A stretch of DNA of 64,000 nt from the NCBI GenBank assembly GCA_027923505.1, contig BROI01000006.1:248001-312000 (forward strand), written 5' to 3'. Source of the DNA: Mayamaea pseudoterrestris (taxonomy: Eukaryota). The stretch's first letter is position 1; the number at the start of each line of letters is the position of its first letter. Shown here one piece after another: positions 46,121 through 58,500 of this stretch. The translations under genes were made by a program, and so were the position numbers. The notes below the pieces were generated by a model, which saw only the letters and a program-made list of their open reading frames with translations, was not told where the DNA came from and did no database searches.

Positions 46121-46675
46121 ATGCCTTCAACGACCATGATTCCCTACTACAGACAATGTCTCCATTGGGCTCTTTCAATATTCTTATTCTCGATACATTT
46201 ACAACAAGTTGAATCGTTCCAAATCACAAAACTAAGCTCCCAAAGCTGCTTACGACGAAGCAGGATTATACCGGTTGTGTCTCGAGCAAGATATTTGCAC
46301 TTATTTGATGCCAAGGCAATCGCCGTAAACGCAGATACCTCTTTCAGTCATCAAGACAAGAATGGAAAGGATATAGCAATCGACTCGCTGGTGCGTGTAG
46401 CTGCTCCTGGTCTCAAGGCTTTCCAAGTCAACAAGAATGGATTTGGAAGCTACAATGATCAAAAGGTATTTGTTCCAAACAGCGAAACGCCCTATCTATT
46501 GATACCCGAAGGTCTTCGTGGGCGAGTTATACGAGTGTACGACGAAAACTTGATTGGTGCCAACTTTCCCATTCTTGTCAAATTTGTTCCTGGAGAGGAA
46601 TGCGCAGAGGATGGCTATGATGCGCCAGTGCCATTTACAATGCACTTTTTGCCTGAAGAAGTTGAATGTGTGTAG
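46121..46675 (+). CDS. Ferredoxin-thioredoxin reductase variable-chain-like protein, plastid-targeted
   Basis: Signal peptide ending VES|FQ; LVRV...GLRGRV..V.....ANFPILVKF...FTMHFLPEEVECV resembles FTR-V (ANLPVLVKF...FKAHF..DE). Confidence 0.7.
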   Translation: MPSTTMIPYYRQCLHWALSIFLFSIHLQQVESFQITKLSSQSCLRRSRIIPVVSRARYLHLFDAKAIAVNADTSFSHQDKNGKDIAIDSLVRVAAPGLKAFQVNKNGFGSYNDQKVFVPNSETPYLLIPEGLRGRVIRVYDENLIGANFPILVKFVPGEECAEDGYDAPVPFTMHFLPEEVECV

Positions 46676-46831
46676 CTTAATGTAATAAAACTTTCCTCTT
46701 ATATACCATAAAACTGTACTCTTAAATAGTATTGTCAGCGATAAAGGGCAAAGACTGTTGTGCGTGGCTTTCTGATATTCTGCTTGATTCTTCACTGTTA
46801 TCGCTTGCCACTGCAACTCACAACATCATCG

Positions 46832-47596
46832 CTACTGTTCCACCTTCTTCTCCGTAATTGTAACATACTCCTCCATGTACTTTTTGCGAGACGGGTGATC
46901 CTCCTGAGGACGGTTAAAAGGTGTCCAAATGGGTTGACCCTGGAAGAGGCGCATGGCGTGTATCATGCGATCCGTGTCGCATGTGAAGCGATGATAAATG
47001 CCTTCGGGTAGAGTCATGAGATCACCCTTCTTGACGTGAATGCGAATCCACTGGTCGTCAAGGTTGCGAACGTCAAAGTATCCGCTTCCATTGAGGATGA
47101 AGCGAATTTCTTCTGCGTCGTGGACTGAAAGCGATTGTATCGTCATGAGTCGTGATGGAGGAACAGGAATACCACCTTTCGCAAGTACAATGCGCATCTA
47201 ATACTTACTATGCTCCTCAAAAAAGCTCTTGATCTTGCTTTCAAACTCGGGTAAATGGTCAGGATGAATCGTAATAATATCCGCATAAGAGTACCCACGA
47301 TCATCGCGCAGCTGCTTCAGCTTTGGGTCGACCGCGTCCTGAGTATCCCAAGGAACAGCCTTGGTGGGGTACTCATGCTTGTCCATATCATCCATCTTCC
47401 AGTAGAAAATACCGAGCTTCTTCATTTCACTCGCCGCGACATAGACATTGGGTTCAAGTCGATTCTCTGCGCAGGGATCGTCGACTGAATCAGGCATGAG
47501 CCAAGCTTCTGGCCACTCTTCGTCTGGCGCTTGTTCAATGGTCATTTTCGGCTTCTTTGATTCAGGCGAGGCTGAGGCTACTACTTCGGCTGTCAT
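46832..47596 (-). CDS. ADI1: Acireductone dioxygenase (ARD, methionine salvage); exons 47596-47209 and 47124-46832
   Basis: RGYSYAD, spliced FFEEH-IHDAEEIR, GSGYFDVR, LPEGIYHRF and MRLFQGQP.WTP.NRP. Confidence 0.95.
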
Positions 47597-47788
47597 TGCT
47601 TTCAAGTTTGGGAGCCCAAGTTGCTCTTGTAAAGTAAACTGCCAGCTCGTTCGTTTGGCGCTTCGTGCCTTTGTGGCATCCAAATTGAGGTTCGCGACAA
47701 TACCGCTGCGATTTCGTCTATGGTCTCGTTCTCTAACAGCAAAATACCAACCTAATATAAAAACAAACAAGTTGACATCAACTGCTTT

Positions 47789-50301
47789 CTATTTAAGATA
47801 CTGATCAAACCATTGCTTGATGTTTATCCAGTGATCCGCTTCAGAGACAACTCCGCCAATGGCGTGATCGTCATCGTCATATGTCAGGAGCTTTGTAGGA
47901 ACACCTTTAGAGCGTAGGGAGTGATACCATTCCATGCCTTGGGAAGGAGGCACGCGCAAGTCGCTCAAGCCAAGCGCAATCAGAGTGGGAGTCTTGACTG
48001 CTCCCACGTGCTTCACTGGACTACAATCATACATGGCAACCAGCTCTTCCTTCGTTGGTGGGCGGTATTCGTTCCAGTGGTAGGGTGTACCGAGTGTTTC
48101 GTAGTAACACCAATCCGGTATATCAGTGGAAGTTACCATGCTTTGAATAAAGTTGATACATGTGAGTGAATATAGATGTTGCGCCAGGTACAATATACTA
48201 AGGCAAGAACAACTAACCTGGCAATGTTCACGACAGGATTTCTCATGGCCGCCGCCTTGAAATAGTCCGGGTACTGAGATGTGGCATGCGCGGTAAGGAA
48301 ACCGCCGTGACTTCCACCGCAAATGCCGATGCGCTCAGTGTCGACAATGCCGGATTCTTTCAGTTGATCCGTTGCCGCAATTATATCCTTCAAATCCATA
48401 TCGCCACATCGCGAGGGCAGAGCTTCAACTGATGCCTGACCAAATCCGACAGAGCCCCGATAGTTCACAAGCAATAAAGCGTAGCCACCATATTCGCAGA
48501 GAAATGCGTTGGATGGCAAGTAAGCTGTCGACGATGCGCTGTGTGGACCGCCATGGGGAACCACAATGACGGGTGGATTTGGAAACTGATTTTTGTTCGG
48601 CATTAGCAATATACTTTGAACAGTAAGTTCTTGGTCAGTTCCAGGAAACACAGGAACATCCTCGAGCTTATGGACATCAAGAGTAAATCCCAGGTTGGGC
48701 AGTTTGTTGACAACCGAGAATCGAGAGGCGCTGCACGGAAGTACTTGAGGAAGCACAACTGCATGCGAGGCATCGATCGCTGACTCGGAGCGCAAGCTCG
48801 ACTCAGGTACTCGGAAAAGGCAGTGAGGGCTATTTGACGCTGTAGACGCTATAAACGCCGATCCATCTGAAGCAATCGCGAGCAACGTGTTGCTGTCGAG
48901 TTCAGATCCCGCGTTTACAAGTATGATGCTCTTATCAGCTATTGATATTCGAACCAATTTTTGACATGATCCCCATTGCGTCGTCGCCAATAGCAAAAAC
49001 GGAGATAGGAAACAAGTTTCTGGTAGTTCGACTGTAAATAGCCCAGGGAATGGCAACCCGGCAACTGTATCACCAGCGTCACTATCCGGTTTCCAAACCT
49101 GCGGAACGACTGAGTAGCAGCCTTCAATGATTGGCTCCCCATTCTTCCATATCATGGCATCCAGACCAAAGCAACCAAGGTGGGAGTCAAAGGGTCGTCG
49201 TGCCGACAGAAAGATGAGCGTATGCAACCCGTCGTCGTGAGTCGGAGAGAACCGTGGAGATCGAGCTACTCGAACGTCCGGCGATAGTACTTGATATGGT
49301 TCGTCAGTACAAGTTTGGTCGTCTACAGATTTTTGATAATTGGAACCAGATAGTCGCTGCAGGAGCCGACCCACGCGCGACCGACATAGTTGGCTCGGCC
49401 GCTGCATACAGTACGTCAGACCAAGACGCCGTGGCATTTGCTGACCTCCTCCGGCATCCCAAGCAACGTAGACAACAGAGTCTCCATCCGGCGACCAAAT
49501 AGCTTGTCCTAGTGTATAGTCACCAAGAGTCGTGCTTCGATCGCCGTCCGTAGGTACGTTTTCAATTCGTCCAATCTGCCTTGTGACAGTGTGAACGACA
49601 AAGAGATCCAAGAGTGCGGATTGCTTGCTATACTTTTCGCCCCAGCTTTCAGTCTTGCCAAGTCCAATGGTATTTTCTCCTCCACGAACTGTATCAGCGG
49701 ATTGCTTATTTTCATCGTTTGTTTCTTCCTCTGGGTCAGCAAAGAATGAGCAAGTCTTTGGTGCAACGCGTTCCGCCGCGTATACAATCGCCGTCTCGCT
49801 CGGGTTCCACACGGATCTTCCAAAGCCGCCGGCGGTGTCTGCAATAACATTGCCATGCAGTTTCTTGGGAAGTAATATACGCTGCTCCAAAAACTGTCCG
49901 CCGCAGGTCCAAATTTCTAAGTGTTGTAGCTGCGGATCAGAGTCATGTGTCACAAATACGGCGACCTTGTCTCCGGAGGGAGATGGCACTCGAATCTTGA
50001 TGCGATCGTTTAGTTCCGTTGGGGGCAAGAAATGCTCCGCATTATTTGGAAGCGAATACAGATACTTGCGGCGCTTGTTGCTGTCAATGTCTCGAACGGA
50101 TCGAACGAATGATAACGTTTGCGTCAAGGGAGAAAAATGTGCCTGCGAGATTTCAACGGCGGCCGAAACATAGTCATTGTAGGCGCTAGCGTCTGTAGCG
50201 GCAGTCGAACTCATGCTTAGTGAACTTCTTGTGCTTTGACTGATGATTGTTGTATGCACTAAGAGAGCAACTGCGATTGCTGGGAGAAACGCCATTGGCA
50301 A
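47789..50301 (-). CDS. APEH: Acylamino-acid-releasing enzyme (peptidase S9C); intron 48141-48217
   Basis: PHGGPH, VNYRGSVGFG, GGSHGG nucleophile, MRNPVVN, spliced TDIPDWC, DLRVP and the catalytic His region. Confidence 0.93.
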
Positions 50302-50517
50302 CGCGAGTGAAACGGCGCGCGCCGATCACCATGGTCGCGCGCCAAAATCGTGTCGGTCCGCGACTGAAAGAAGGCTGACGTCATTTCGAAACCGTGGCGC
50401 GAACGAAAAAGATCGCAAGCGAAGATCCAAATCCGATGGATCACAAGCGATCCGCCAAACGGTCACAACCAACCGAAGATTGCTCTTTCTAATTGATCAA
50501 CTTGTTTTATCGCTTTC

Positions 50518-51352
50518 ATGTAAGTTATTGATCGATGTTCGGTGACTTGTTTGTATCATAGCTCTGGGAATTGAGCCGCTGATGCTCGTAAAAGATGCCG
50601 TAAATTCGCTTCATTTAAGGTTGGATTCTTCAACACCCGACTTACACGATCTTGCACCTTACCAGGTCCAACCCCAAGGTCTTTTTCGATATGTCTATTG
50701 GCGGCAAGCCTTCTGGACGCATTATCATGGAGCTCCGTGCCGATGTTGGTAAGTTTGTCGTGGTTTTACTGGGAGTTAAATCGTTGCTGGAATTTCACCG
50801 CCCTCGTTGCTCTCGCCAAGGTTTACTCTAACAATTCATTTTTCTCACGCTGTTGTTGCGCAGTCCCCAAGACGGCTGAGAACTTTCGTGCTCTCTGCAC
50901 TGGAGAAAAGGGCTTTGGCTACAAGGGATCCAGCTTTCATCGCGTGATTCCAGGTTTCATGTGCCAGGTACGACACTCATTCGGCTTATTTGCAGTCTTA
51001 GGCTAGAAGGCATGCTCAAACTGTCCGATTCCCATTATTTATGCAGGGAGGAGATTTCACCAATCATAACGGTACCGGAGGCAAAAGTATTTACGGAAGC
51101 AAGTTTGAGGACGAGAACTTTAAGCTCAAGCACACTGGTCCTGGAATCCTTTCCATGGCCAATGCCGGACCAGGCACCAATGGCTCGCAGTTTTTCCTCT
51201 GCACGGCGGAAACCTCGTGGTTGGATGGCAAGCACGTTGTCTTTGGATCCGTGACGGAAGGCTTGGACGTTGTCAAGGCGATTGAAGGAGTTGGCTCTGG
51301 ATCGGGCGCCACACGCTCCAAGGTTGTCATTGAAGACTGCGGTCAACTTTAA
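50518..51352 (+). CDS. Cytosolic cyclophilin A-type PPIase; exons 50518-50519, 50666-50748, 50864-50967, 51047-51352
   Basis: [59 protein letters not shown] and [10 protein letters not shown]. Confidence 0.96.
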
Positions 51353-51792
51353 GGGTTGATGCTGAAGAACAGTTAGTAATGCTCTAGTTTAAACGAAGAC
51401 TACTTTTAGCGGAAACGGTTAAGTAGCATTAAGGTAGTTCATGTCTCATAACTGCTTGTAGGTGACGGTTTGTAAAAGTTGGACTAATGGCCAAGTGCAA
51501 ACTAATTCTCCACTGGGTCACATGGAATGGTAGAGCAATCAAGACATTCACAACAACTCAATCTGACCAAACTCATTGCAATTGTCAGGTGCATAGGTAA
51601 GTAAGCTGCTTGCTTGTGGCACAACGAGGAAACCCATCGGGCATTACCGATAAGACGTCGATGACGTACGCAAATCAATCGTCGTGACCATGGCGCATGT
51701 GTCACGCATCACGCAAACATCGGCTGCATGCACCACCTCCCACAAACCAATCAGCTCCTGCAAACATACGGTGTGATCGCACTTGCTTGCTA

Positions 51793-53421
51793 ATGTTCTC
51801 TAGACTGATTCTCGCTGCTTTGCTTGGCAGTTCGAGAGCATTTTGCTTTTCGCATCAACATTGCCAATCGTCATATTCTACGACTCGACTGACGAGCAGT
51901 CGAAACAATTATGAGGAAGAATGGTCAGACTTTGACGGATTTATTGGCGGAGGAACTACTAATAATGACGACCCTATTGAAACTTGGACGGACTTTTCTG
52001 CTTTTCAGGACAAGATGAAGATGACGGACCTTTCGGCGTGTCAATCGCGACAATTCTCGCTTGGAAAGGATTTGATATTGACCGACTTTGTCGGCAGCAT
52101 GGGCTTTGATGAAGTCACAGACTGGCAGTACTACTATCCAAATGAAGATGATCCTCAAGACCGAAAAGTGGTGCAGCCAAATCCCTTTGATTCGAATCAG
52201 CCGCGAAGGACGAGACAAAGCAGTGGGTCTGTGATTCGACTCTTTCGCGGAGAATTCGTCGGAGTGCCTGGCGGTATGCTGAGCGCTCAAGCAAAGGACA
52301 AGCGCGTTCTTGTCAAGGAATTTACCGGAGATTTGGCCTTGAAGCTAGTGGAAGCTGAGCTTCAGGCCGTTGGCAAGCTCCAGTCGACCTTGCTTGTTGA
52401 TTCTGGAGACGATCGGGCCAAGAATGGTGACTGGTTACAGATTGCAGCATCAAGGACTATCAACGCAAGGGACGACAATATGAATTTACGCATGCTGTTG
52501 GAAAGGCTTGAAATGGCGCCGTACCTTGGGATACTTGGCGAAGTAAACCTGGCCGAGCTTGACGAGGTGCCCCCAAACGACTTCTACCAAGCACTTGGCG
52601 TTCCTCCACCGAAACCAAATGCGGTATGGGTCGTCTACGAGTATGCTGGATTGACCTCCATACAAGCTTACTCTCAACCTGCCGAGATTCGACGAGGAAA
52701 GATTCCCGTGAAGAAGGGTTTCTTTGGCAACGTTATTGCACCGCCACCAATACCTTCTTTTCAGGAACGGGCCAACTACGTCGTCAAGGGAATCATGAGA
52801 CAAGCCATTTTAGCAGTCGCCCACGTGCATGAAAATGGATTGGTCCATCGAAGTCTCGGAAGAAGTAGCTTTTTCATTTCCACGCCAGCAATGGACAAGA
52901 GAGAAGCGTCATCCCCATTTGAAACCCGAGTGTCGCAGCTGAGAATCAAGCTGGCAGACTTTGGATTTGCTGGTCGACAGGAAGATTCATCTCTGGATGA
53001 AGAGTTCCGAGCTCGGGCACGTAGCGTGGGTCTGAACTTTCAAAAGGGAGAGAATAGTATTGCGTCGACAAATTTCGCTTTGGCGGAAGACATGCATGCA
53101 CTTGGGTTTGTGTTTGCCGGCCTGCTTCTCTCGAGCCTTGCTGACGTTTCGTCAATAGATTCTCCTGTTCCGTCGACGGATGAAGATACGCTGCAGCGAC
53201 TTATTGGTGATATCTTTGACAAGGATATAAAACAGTTTCGCGACTACGTGGAAGCTGATGAGTGTTGGACAAATCTCGTCCGACTGCTAGACGAGATTGA
53301 CGGAGCTGGATGGTCCGTACTCGAGCGGCTGATTTTAGCACGAGAGACTGCTGCCAAGTACAAAGACACTGAGCAGATATTTACAGTCAGAGGCTTGCTA
53401 TCAAATCCATTCTTCAATTAA
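51793..53421 (+). CDS. Plastid-targeted kinase-fold protein similar to the kinase domain of plant ORG1/PAP14; probable pseudokinase
   Basis: Signal peptide ending SRA|F; VLVKEF, HENGLVHRSLG.SS, KLADFGFA, AEDMHALG, LQRL and LD...GAGW motifs. Confidence 0.75.
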   Translation: MFSRLILAALLGSSRAFCFSHQHCQSSYSTTRLTSSRNNYEEEWSDFDGFIGGGTTNNDDPIETWTDFSAFQDKMKMTDLSACQSRQFSLGKDLILTDFVGSMGFDEVTDWQYYYPNEDDPQDRKVVQPNPFDSNQPRRTRQSSGSVIRLFRGEFVGVPGGMLSAQAKDKRVLVKEFTGDLALKLVEAELQAVGKLQSTLLVDSGDDRAKNGDWLQIAASRTINARDDNMNLRMLLERLEMAPYLGILGEVNLAELDEVPPNDFYQALGVPPPKPNAVWVVYEYAGLTSIQAYSQPAEIRRGKIPVKKGFFGNVIAPPPIPSFQERANYVVKGIMRQAILAVAHVHENGLVHRSLGRSSFFISTPAMDKREASSPFETRVSQLRIKLADFGFAGRQEDSSLDEEFRARARSVGLNFQKGENSIASTNFALAEDMHALGFVFAGLLLSSLADVSSIDSPVPSTDEDTLQRLIGDIFDKDIKQFRDYVEADECWTNLVRLLDEIDGAGWSVLERLILARETAAKYKDTEQIFTVRGLLSNPFFN

Positions 53422-53447
53422 AGTCGTGTACTACGAGTAATGTCGCT

Positions 53448-55133
53448 TTACGGTTCTGCAGACGGTGGTCGATCCAACGGAGTCGGCGGTTCCCACTTCA
53501 AAAATGCGGGATTGCACATGCGAAACTGCTTGCTAAGGTACAGAACGCATGATAAAATCAGAAACGGAAAGTGCAACACACGAAGCAAACCGTTCGGATT
53601 GACATTGTACAACGTACTCTTGCTTGATATATTCTTGAACAGTGTCTTGCTTGACATGGACAACGTGAAGTCCCTTCCATACCTTGATCATGTCAAGATA
53701 CTGTAAAGTCGATATGATATCCTCTACTTTAATTCCCGTCTGATCTGAAATATCCGCAATTGTAATATTTTGCGTCATGTCATAGCTATCCAGCAGATGC
53801 ATCAACACATAGGTCCAGTAGCTGCGATAGGAAAGCTTGCCAAGATCTGATAGCGGCTTTTCAGGACTACCAGTCTTGCCCTCGCGCTTTGTTATTTCAT
53901 ATGAAAGGGAAATGATGAATTTGCCGTATCCAGACTGCTGATACTGAGGCAATGTGAGGATGCATGCCAAATTGTAGCTCTCCGTCGAGTACTGTGACGA
54001 TACAAAAGCAGTGTGTAAGCATCATGTTTTAAAGGAATTTGATCGAAGTTGTCATCATAACTCACCTTCTCCTTGGAAAAGTACCCGACAATGTGCGAGC
54101 CTTCATCGTCCACTCGCGTAACGATATAAAAGTAAAAGGGCGTAGTATCATAGTAAAGCGTCTTGTGGTCTAGAAACAGCTTGGCAATGAGGCATAGCTT
54201 TTGACAGTAAGCAGGATAAGCCTTGCCGTCCAATTCGTACACTGCAATGTCAGCTTCCCTGTAGATCTCCGTTCCAGGCGGTCGGCGACATTTGCACGTC
54301 TCCTTATGATGTAGATACGTCCGCGTCTTTCTCATGTACGAAAGGCAGTATTCGCAAACATAGAGCGTTCCAATGTTTGAATAATCCTCGGGAAAGGGTG
54401 AATAGTACCACGACTCGACTTCCCAGCCTCCCATGACAATCTTTTCAACATTCTTCACCTTGGTAGCTTCCTCGTGTTCCTTTTCTCCGGCTGGGTCGCC
54501 GTGAAAGTTCCCTCCGCCGACGTATACTGGCGTGTTATTGTCAGTGCCGCCGTTCATTGATTCGTCCGTCATGGTATGATGAATATCGAGCTCATCGCTA
54601 GCGTTACTCGTGCCATTGGCAAGCCTGGTTCGCACCAATCGATCATCCGCTGCTTCCAATGTTTCCGCTTGCAGAGTGTCTAGCTCGAATCGATCCAAGG
54701 TGATCCATTGATCGAGCCGACGATCGTGACCAACGTAGTGCACATAATACTCAATCTCGTCAGCCTTTAAACCATCGACGGCTCCAACTGGGAGGCGCTT
54801 GTTGGGATTGACGCGCTGCAAAGGACGCCGCTCGACTATGACAGCTTCCAAAGTCGATGGATCTTTCAATGGCGGTATACTTTCATCTGGAACAGCAGCA
54901 GCGGCAGCAACTGGAACAACAACAGCAGCGCCCTGCTCAGGTGTAACAGCCTCCAGCTCGGTCGTTTCAGTCGTCACTCTAGCTGGTAGAACAGTCGGCA
55001 CATCATCGTCTGCTTGGGGAACGATCGTCTCCGCAGCTCGAATCAATTTGACGTAGCAGTGGTCGTTCAAGTTAGGAATAACATTTATTAACGTGTCCGC
55101 TGCGCTTTCTTCCTTTGTAGTCATCATATCCAT
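53448..55133 (-). CDS. MYST-family histone acetyltransferase (Esa1/MOF-like); exons 55133-54066, 53991-53618, 53532-53448
   Basis: Tudor-knot YYVHYVGHDRRLDQW, C2HC finger WYYSPFP..CEYC, KLFLDHKTLYYD, NLACILTLPQYQ..GYGK and GSPEKPLSDLG. Confidence 0.95.
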
Positions 55134-55546
55134 GTGCTTCTTGCTTGAGAATGATGTTGTACCGGTAAAGTTGAAAAGTGGCCGCGATTATTCTATCGCG
55201 GCGCGGCGCGGCGCGGCAGTTTCTTGGCGCGCCAAACCCGAGTCGTAGCGGTTAGTCTTGTTTCGATCAGCTATGGTGCGTCTGCCCAGCTTGCGTATTG
55301 GAAGGGTCAGTGAGCCTTTTGTATATATTCATACGATTCACTACAAAGCTCTGCTCGTAGTCCTGTTTATTCTCTCAAGCTGGGTAATACATGTCACGTA
55401 GGTATATATACATCTCTAAATCTAAAAATAAAGTTTACCGCGTCGAGAACGAAACAGCCGTCGTCATTCAAGCGAGCAATAAAATATGTCGGGTCTATCA
55501 TCGAGTGCTGCGCGCGGTCAGCACGGAAAGTCCTTCATACACGACG

Positions 55547-58500
55547 CTAAAGTGTAGGTTCAGGAAAGAGTTGTTTCCAGGCTTCAAGGCCAATGCTTTG
55601 GATTGTGCGATCCTTGTTTGCCGCCAATAAGCGCATCGCATCCTCGCGGTCCCGGTATTCACCCTCATCGGTTAATTGAGGGAACCGCTCAGCCATGAAG
55701 AAGCGTATGTAACTCCTCTTCGCGGCTGCTTCCGACTCTTCTTCCAAGCGGCGAAAAAAGGAAAGAGTTGCCTTGAGACGAACCAGCTCACAATACGTAT
55801 TCCTTGTCCTCCAAACTTCAAAATCCAGACATTCTTCGTACGGAACCAAGGGACTTGGAGGAATGCGACGCATAATCGGTTGAAAATTTAGCGACTCGTC
55901 ATGTCCTTCCGTCTCGACGCGGTCGTCGTTATCTAGTATGACTTCTCGTGGATCGCTCTCAAGCGATTCATAATTTCGCGCCGTTAATCGACACAATTTA
56001 TCTTTCGTCTTGCTTTTCATTGGTTCAATGAGAAAGGCAAAATCAACAGAGCTGTGGATGCGACGACGAAACAACTCGGTCTTGCGCGCGACCACTTTTT
56101 CAACCATCGGAACTGAAAAACGATCAGTTGCAAAATGAACTGCGTCTTCACAGAAACCTGCTTGGACGCGCTTGAAAAATTTCCGCAGTAAAATAACCGA
56201 CTTTTCCGATGCCAAGGTTGGCGGCGCCATCAACCAGTCACTACTGTCGTCACTGGTGTTAAATGTAACAGTAGTAAAGTCCGAGTACTCCTGCACTTGG
56301 TCAAACATTTCACCTCGCAATACAGCCATCATAATTGTGCCGCCATGACGGACAGTCAGTTTGTTGATAGGAAAACTCGACTCGCGGTCCGCGACTATTT
56401 TGTTTGGTTCTAAACACCTGCGCTTTCTTGTGCCGGGTTTGACACTTTCCAGCTCATCACTACGAAGTGGCTCTGAAGCGCAATAAACGTCGGACCTCTC
56501 AGGCATATCCGCACCGACGTGTTCCGAAGAAGAAACTGCTAGTCCGTCCTTTATTCGACTGCCGCCACTCCCCTCGGCGGCACTCATTTCACTCTTTCGT
56601 GTAACATCGCCTTTGACCGGTTCATTCTGCTTTGTAGCAGGTAGATTCAAGAGCTGGCAAAGTCTTTTCAGCGACAATTTGTTTTGAAATCCGAGAAGTT
56701 GAATTTCTTCGCGTGGGCAAATGTCTCGCGGCAATTGCTCCTCATGGTCGAGAGTCTGTTCGTCATCTGCCTCCGATTCAACAACGCTGTAGTCGCTGTC
56801 ATCGTCACCGAGTTCCGGAATGTCACTGCCGCCGAGACAAAGCCAATGGGCATATGGAACGTCGGGTGGATGCTGCGCGTCGCCCGACGTGAGATCGGTG
56901 TCAACAGGTTCAGCTCCAGGATCCTCTGTAAGAGGTGTCTCGAAACTGTTTTGAGCGCCGATTTTCCGATGAAATGCAGTAGTCGAGTATGTGATTCCGT
57001 CACAACCAAGAACAGTCCCGTCGTCGATTCCGTGTTGGTGTTGTTCAACGTCACGGAAACTGCATCCGTCAGTTTCCCGAACTGCTCCTGTGTGTCCCTG
57101 GATGACATGCCAGTCTATACACTCGGGCCTGATCAGGAGGACTCGCTTGCTGGAAATAAACACATAATGTACGGTGACTGTGAGTCATGCCAGGAAAAGG
57201 ATCAGCATAATAATTAATGCAATCAGACACTTACTTTCGCTCAAGAGTATACTCTGCAATCACTTCAGAATCTATCTGGGCACGAAAAAACTTATCAATG
57301 CTTCCGCCGAGTAGGCGAACTGTTGTTTCTATGTCGTCAACACTCATTCCCGTTCTCGCTGAAATATCTGGAAGAGGCATCCCTGTCCTGCAGCAACTGC
57401 TTGCCACCACATTCGCTACGATAAGTTTCCAATAACTTGTATATGCTTGCAATCCTAAAGGCGAGAGCGGCTTTTCTGGGCTGCCTCCTTCTTTCGTCTC
57501 TCGCTTCGTCAGCTCATAGGATAGTGAAATGAGAAATTTTCCGTAGCCCTTCTTTTGATGCTGGGGGAGCGTCATGATGCAGGCGACGTTATGTCCATCC
57601 GCAGAGTGCGTTTCTTTTGAAAAGAAACCGACAAAGGAAGCGCCGTGAACATCGAGTTCGGTCAAGACATAGAATTTAAAGCGTTTCACATCGTAACAAA
57701 TGGTCTTGTTTTCCAGGAACAGCTTCGATAAGAGACACAGGCGTTGACAATAATCCTTTTCATTTTGACCAATGACTTCAAAAACCATTATGTTGTCCTC
57801 GAGGTAGATAAGATTTCCCGGAGGGCACCGACATCGGCACGTCCATTTGTGCCGCCGGTAGATTGAATCCGACTCCGAATGCGCAAGGCAGTACTCACAA
57901 ATGTGCAAGGTATCGCACTCGTATTTCTGCGGAAATGAACTCTCGTACCAAGCTGGCGTCTCCCAACCTCCAATAACAACCTTATCAATCTTCTTTATTG
58001 GTATTCTCTCCACTTTATTATCACCTCTCCGTTTTGGGAGTGACATACGTCGAAGCTTTGTCAAGTCCAAGTCATCGAGAGTAACCCAGCGATCCAACTT
58101 ACTATCAGTCCCCTTCAAGTGAATGTAGTATTCGATATCATTAGCAGAAAGTCCTTCGACATCTTTGCGCACCTTTGTGCGCAGTCGAGGTCGAAGGCCC
58201 CAGATAACAATAGGGATAGTGTCCGGAAGATCATTATCAGGTTGATGACAAATGTAAATCTTCTTCCAGTGGATGTGACATTCATCCATGATACCTAAAG
58301 GAGCATTCATCATAGGCGCAATGTTCGTTGAGCCTTCACCATGAAGTAATGCATTTTCTGGATTGCAGTTGGCCTCTCGCTGCGCTGCGCACTCGTCGAC
58401 ACCGCCAAGTTTGGACATTTTGGGAAACTCATCGGGTAGGCTTTTCGTGTTGGAGTCTAAGCATGTGTCTCTACTTTTGCATTCGTCCTTGGTCGAGTGC

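Noticed and set aside
50520..50665. Possible snoRNA in cyclophilin intron 1 (GATCG...CGATC bracket)
   Set aside because: No convincing C/D or H/ACA boxes in the right geometry.
56668..57217. Overlapping 146-aa and 177-aa ORFs within the large MYST gene's last exon
   Set aside because: Alternative-frame and antisense shadows of the 538-aa frame that splices in phase to the MYST exon.
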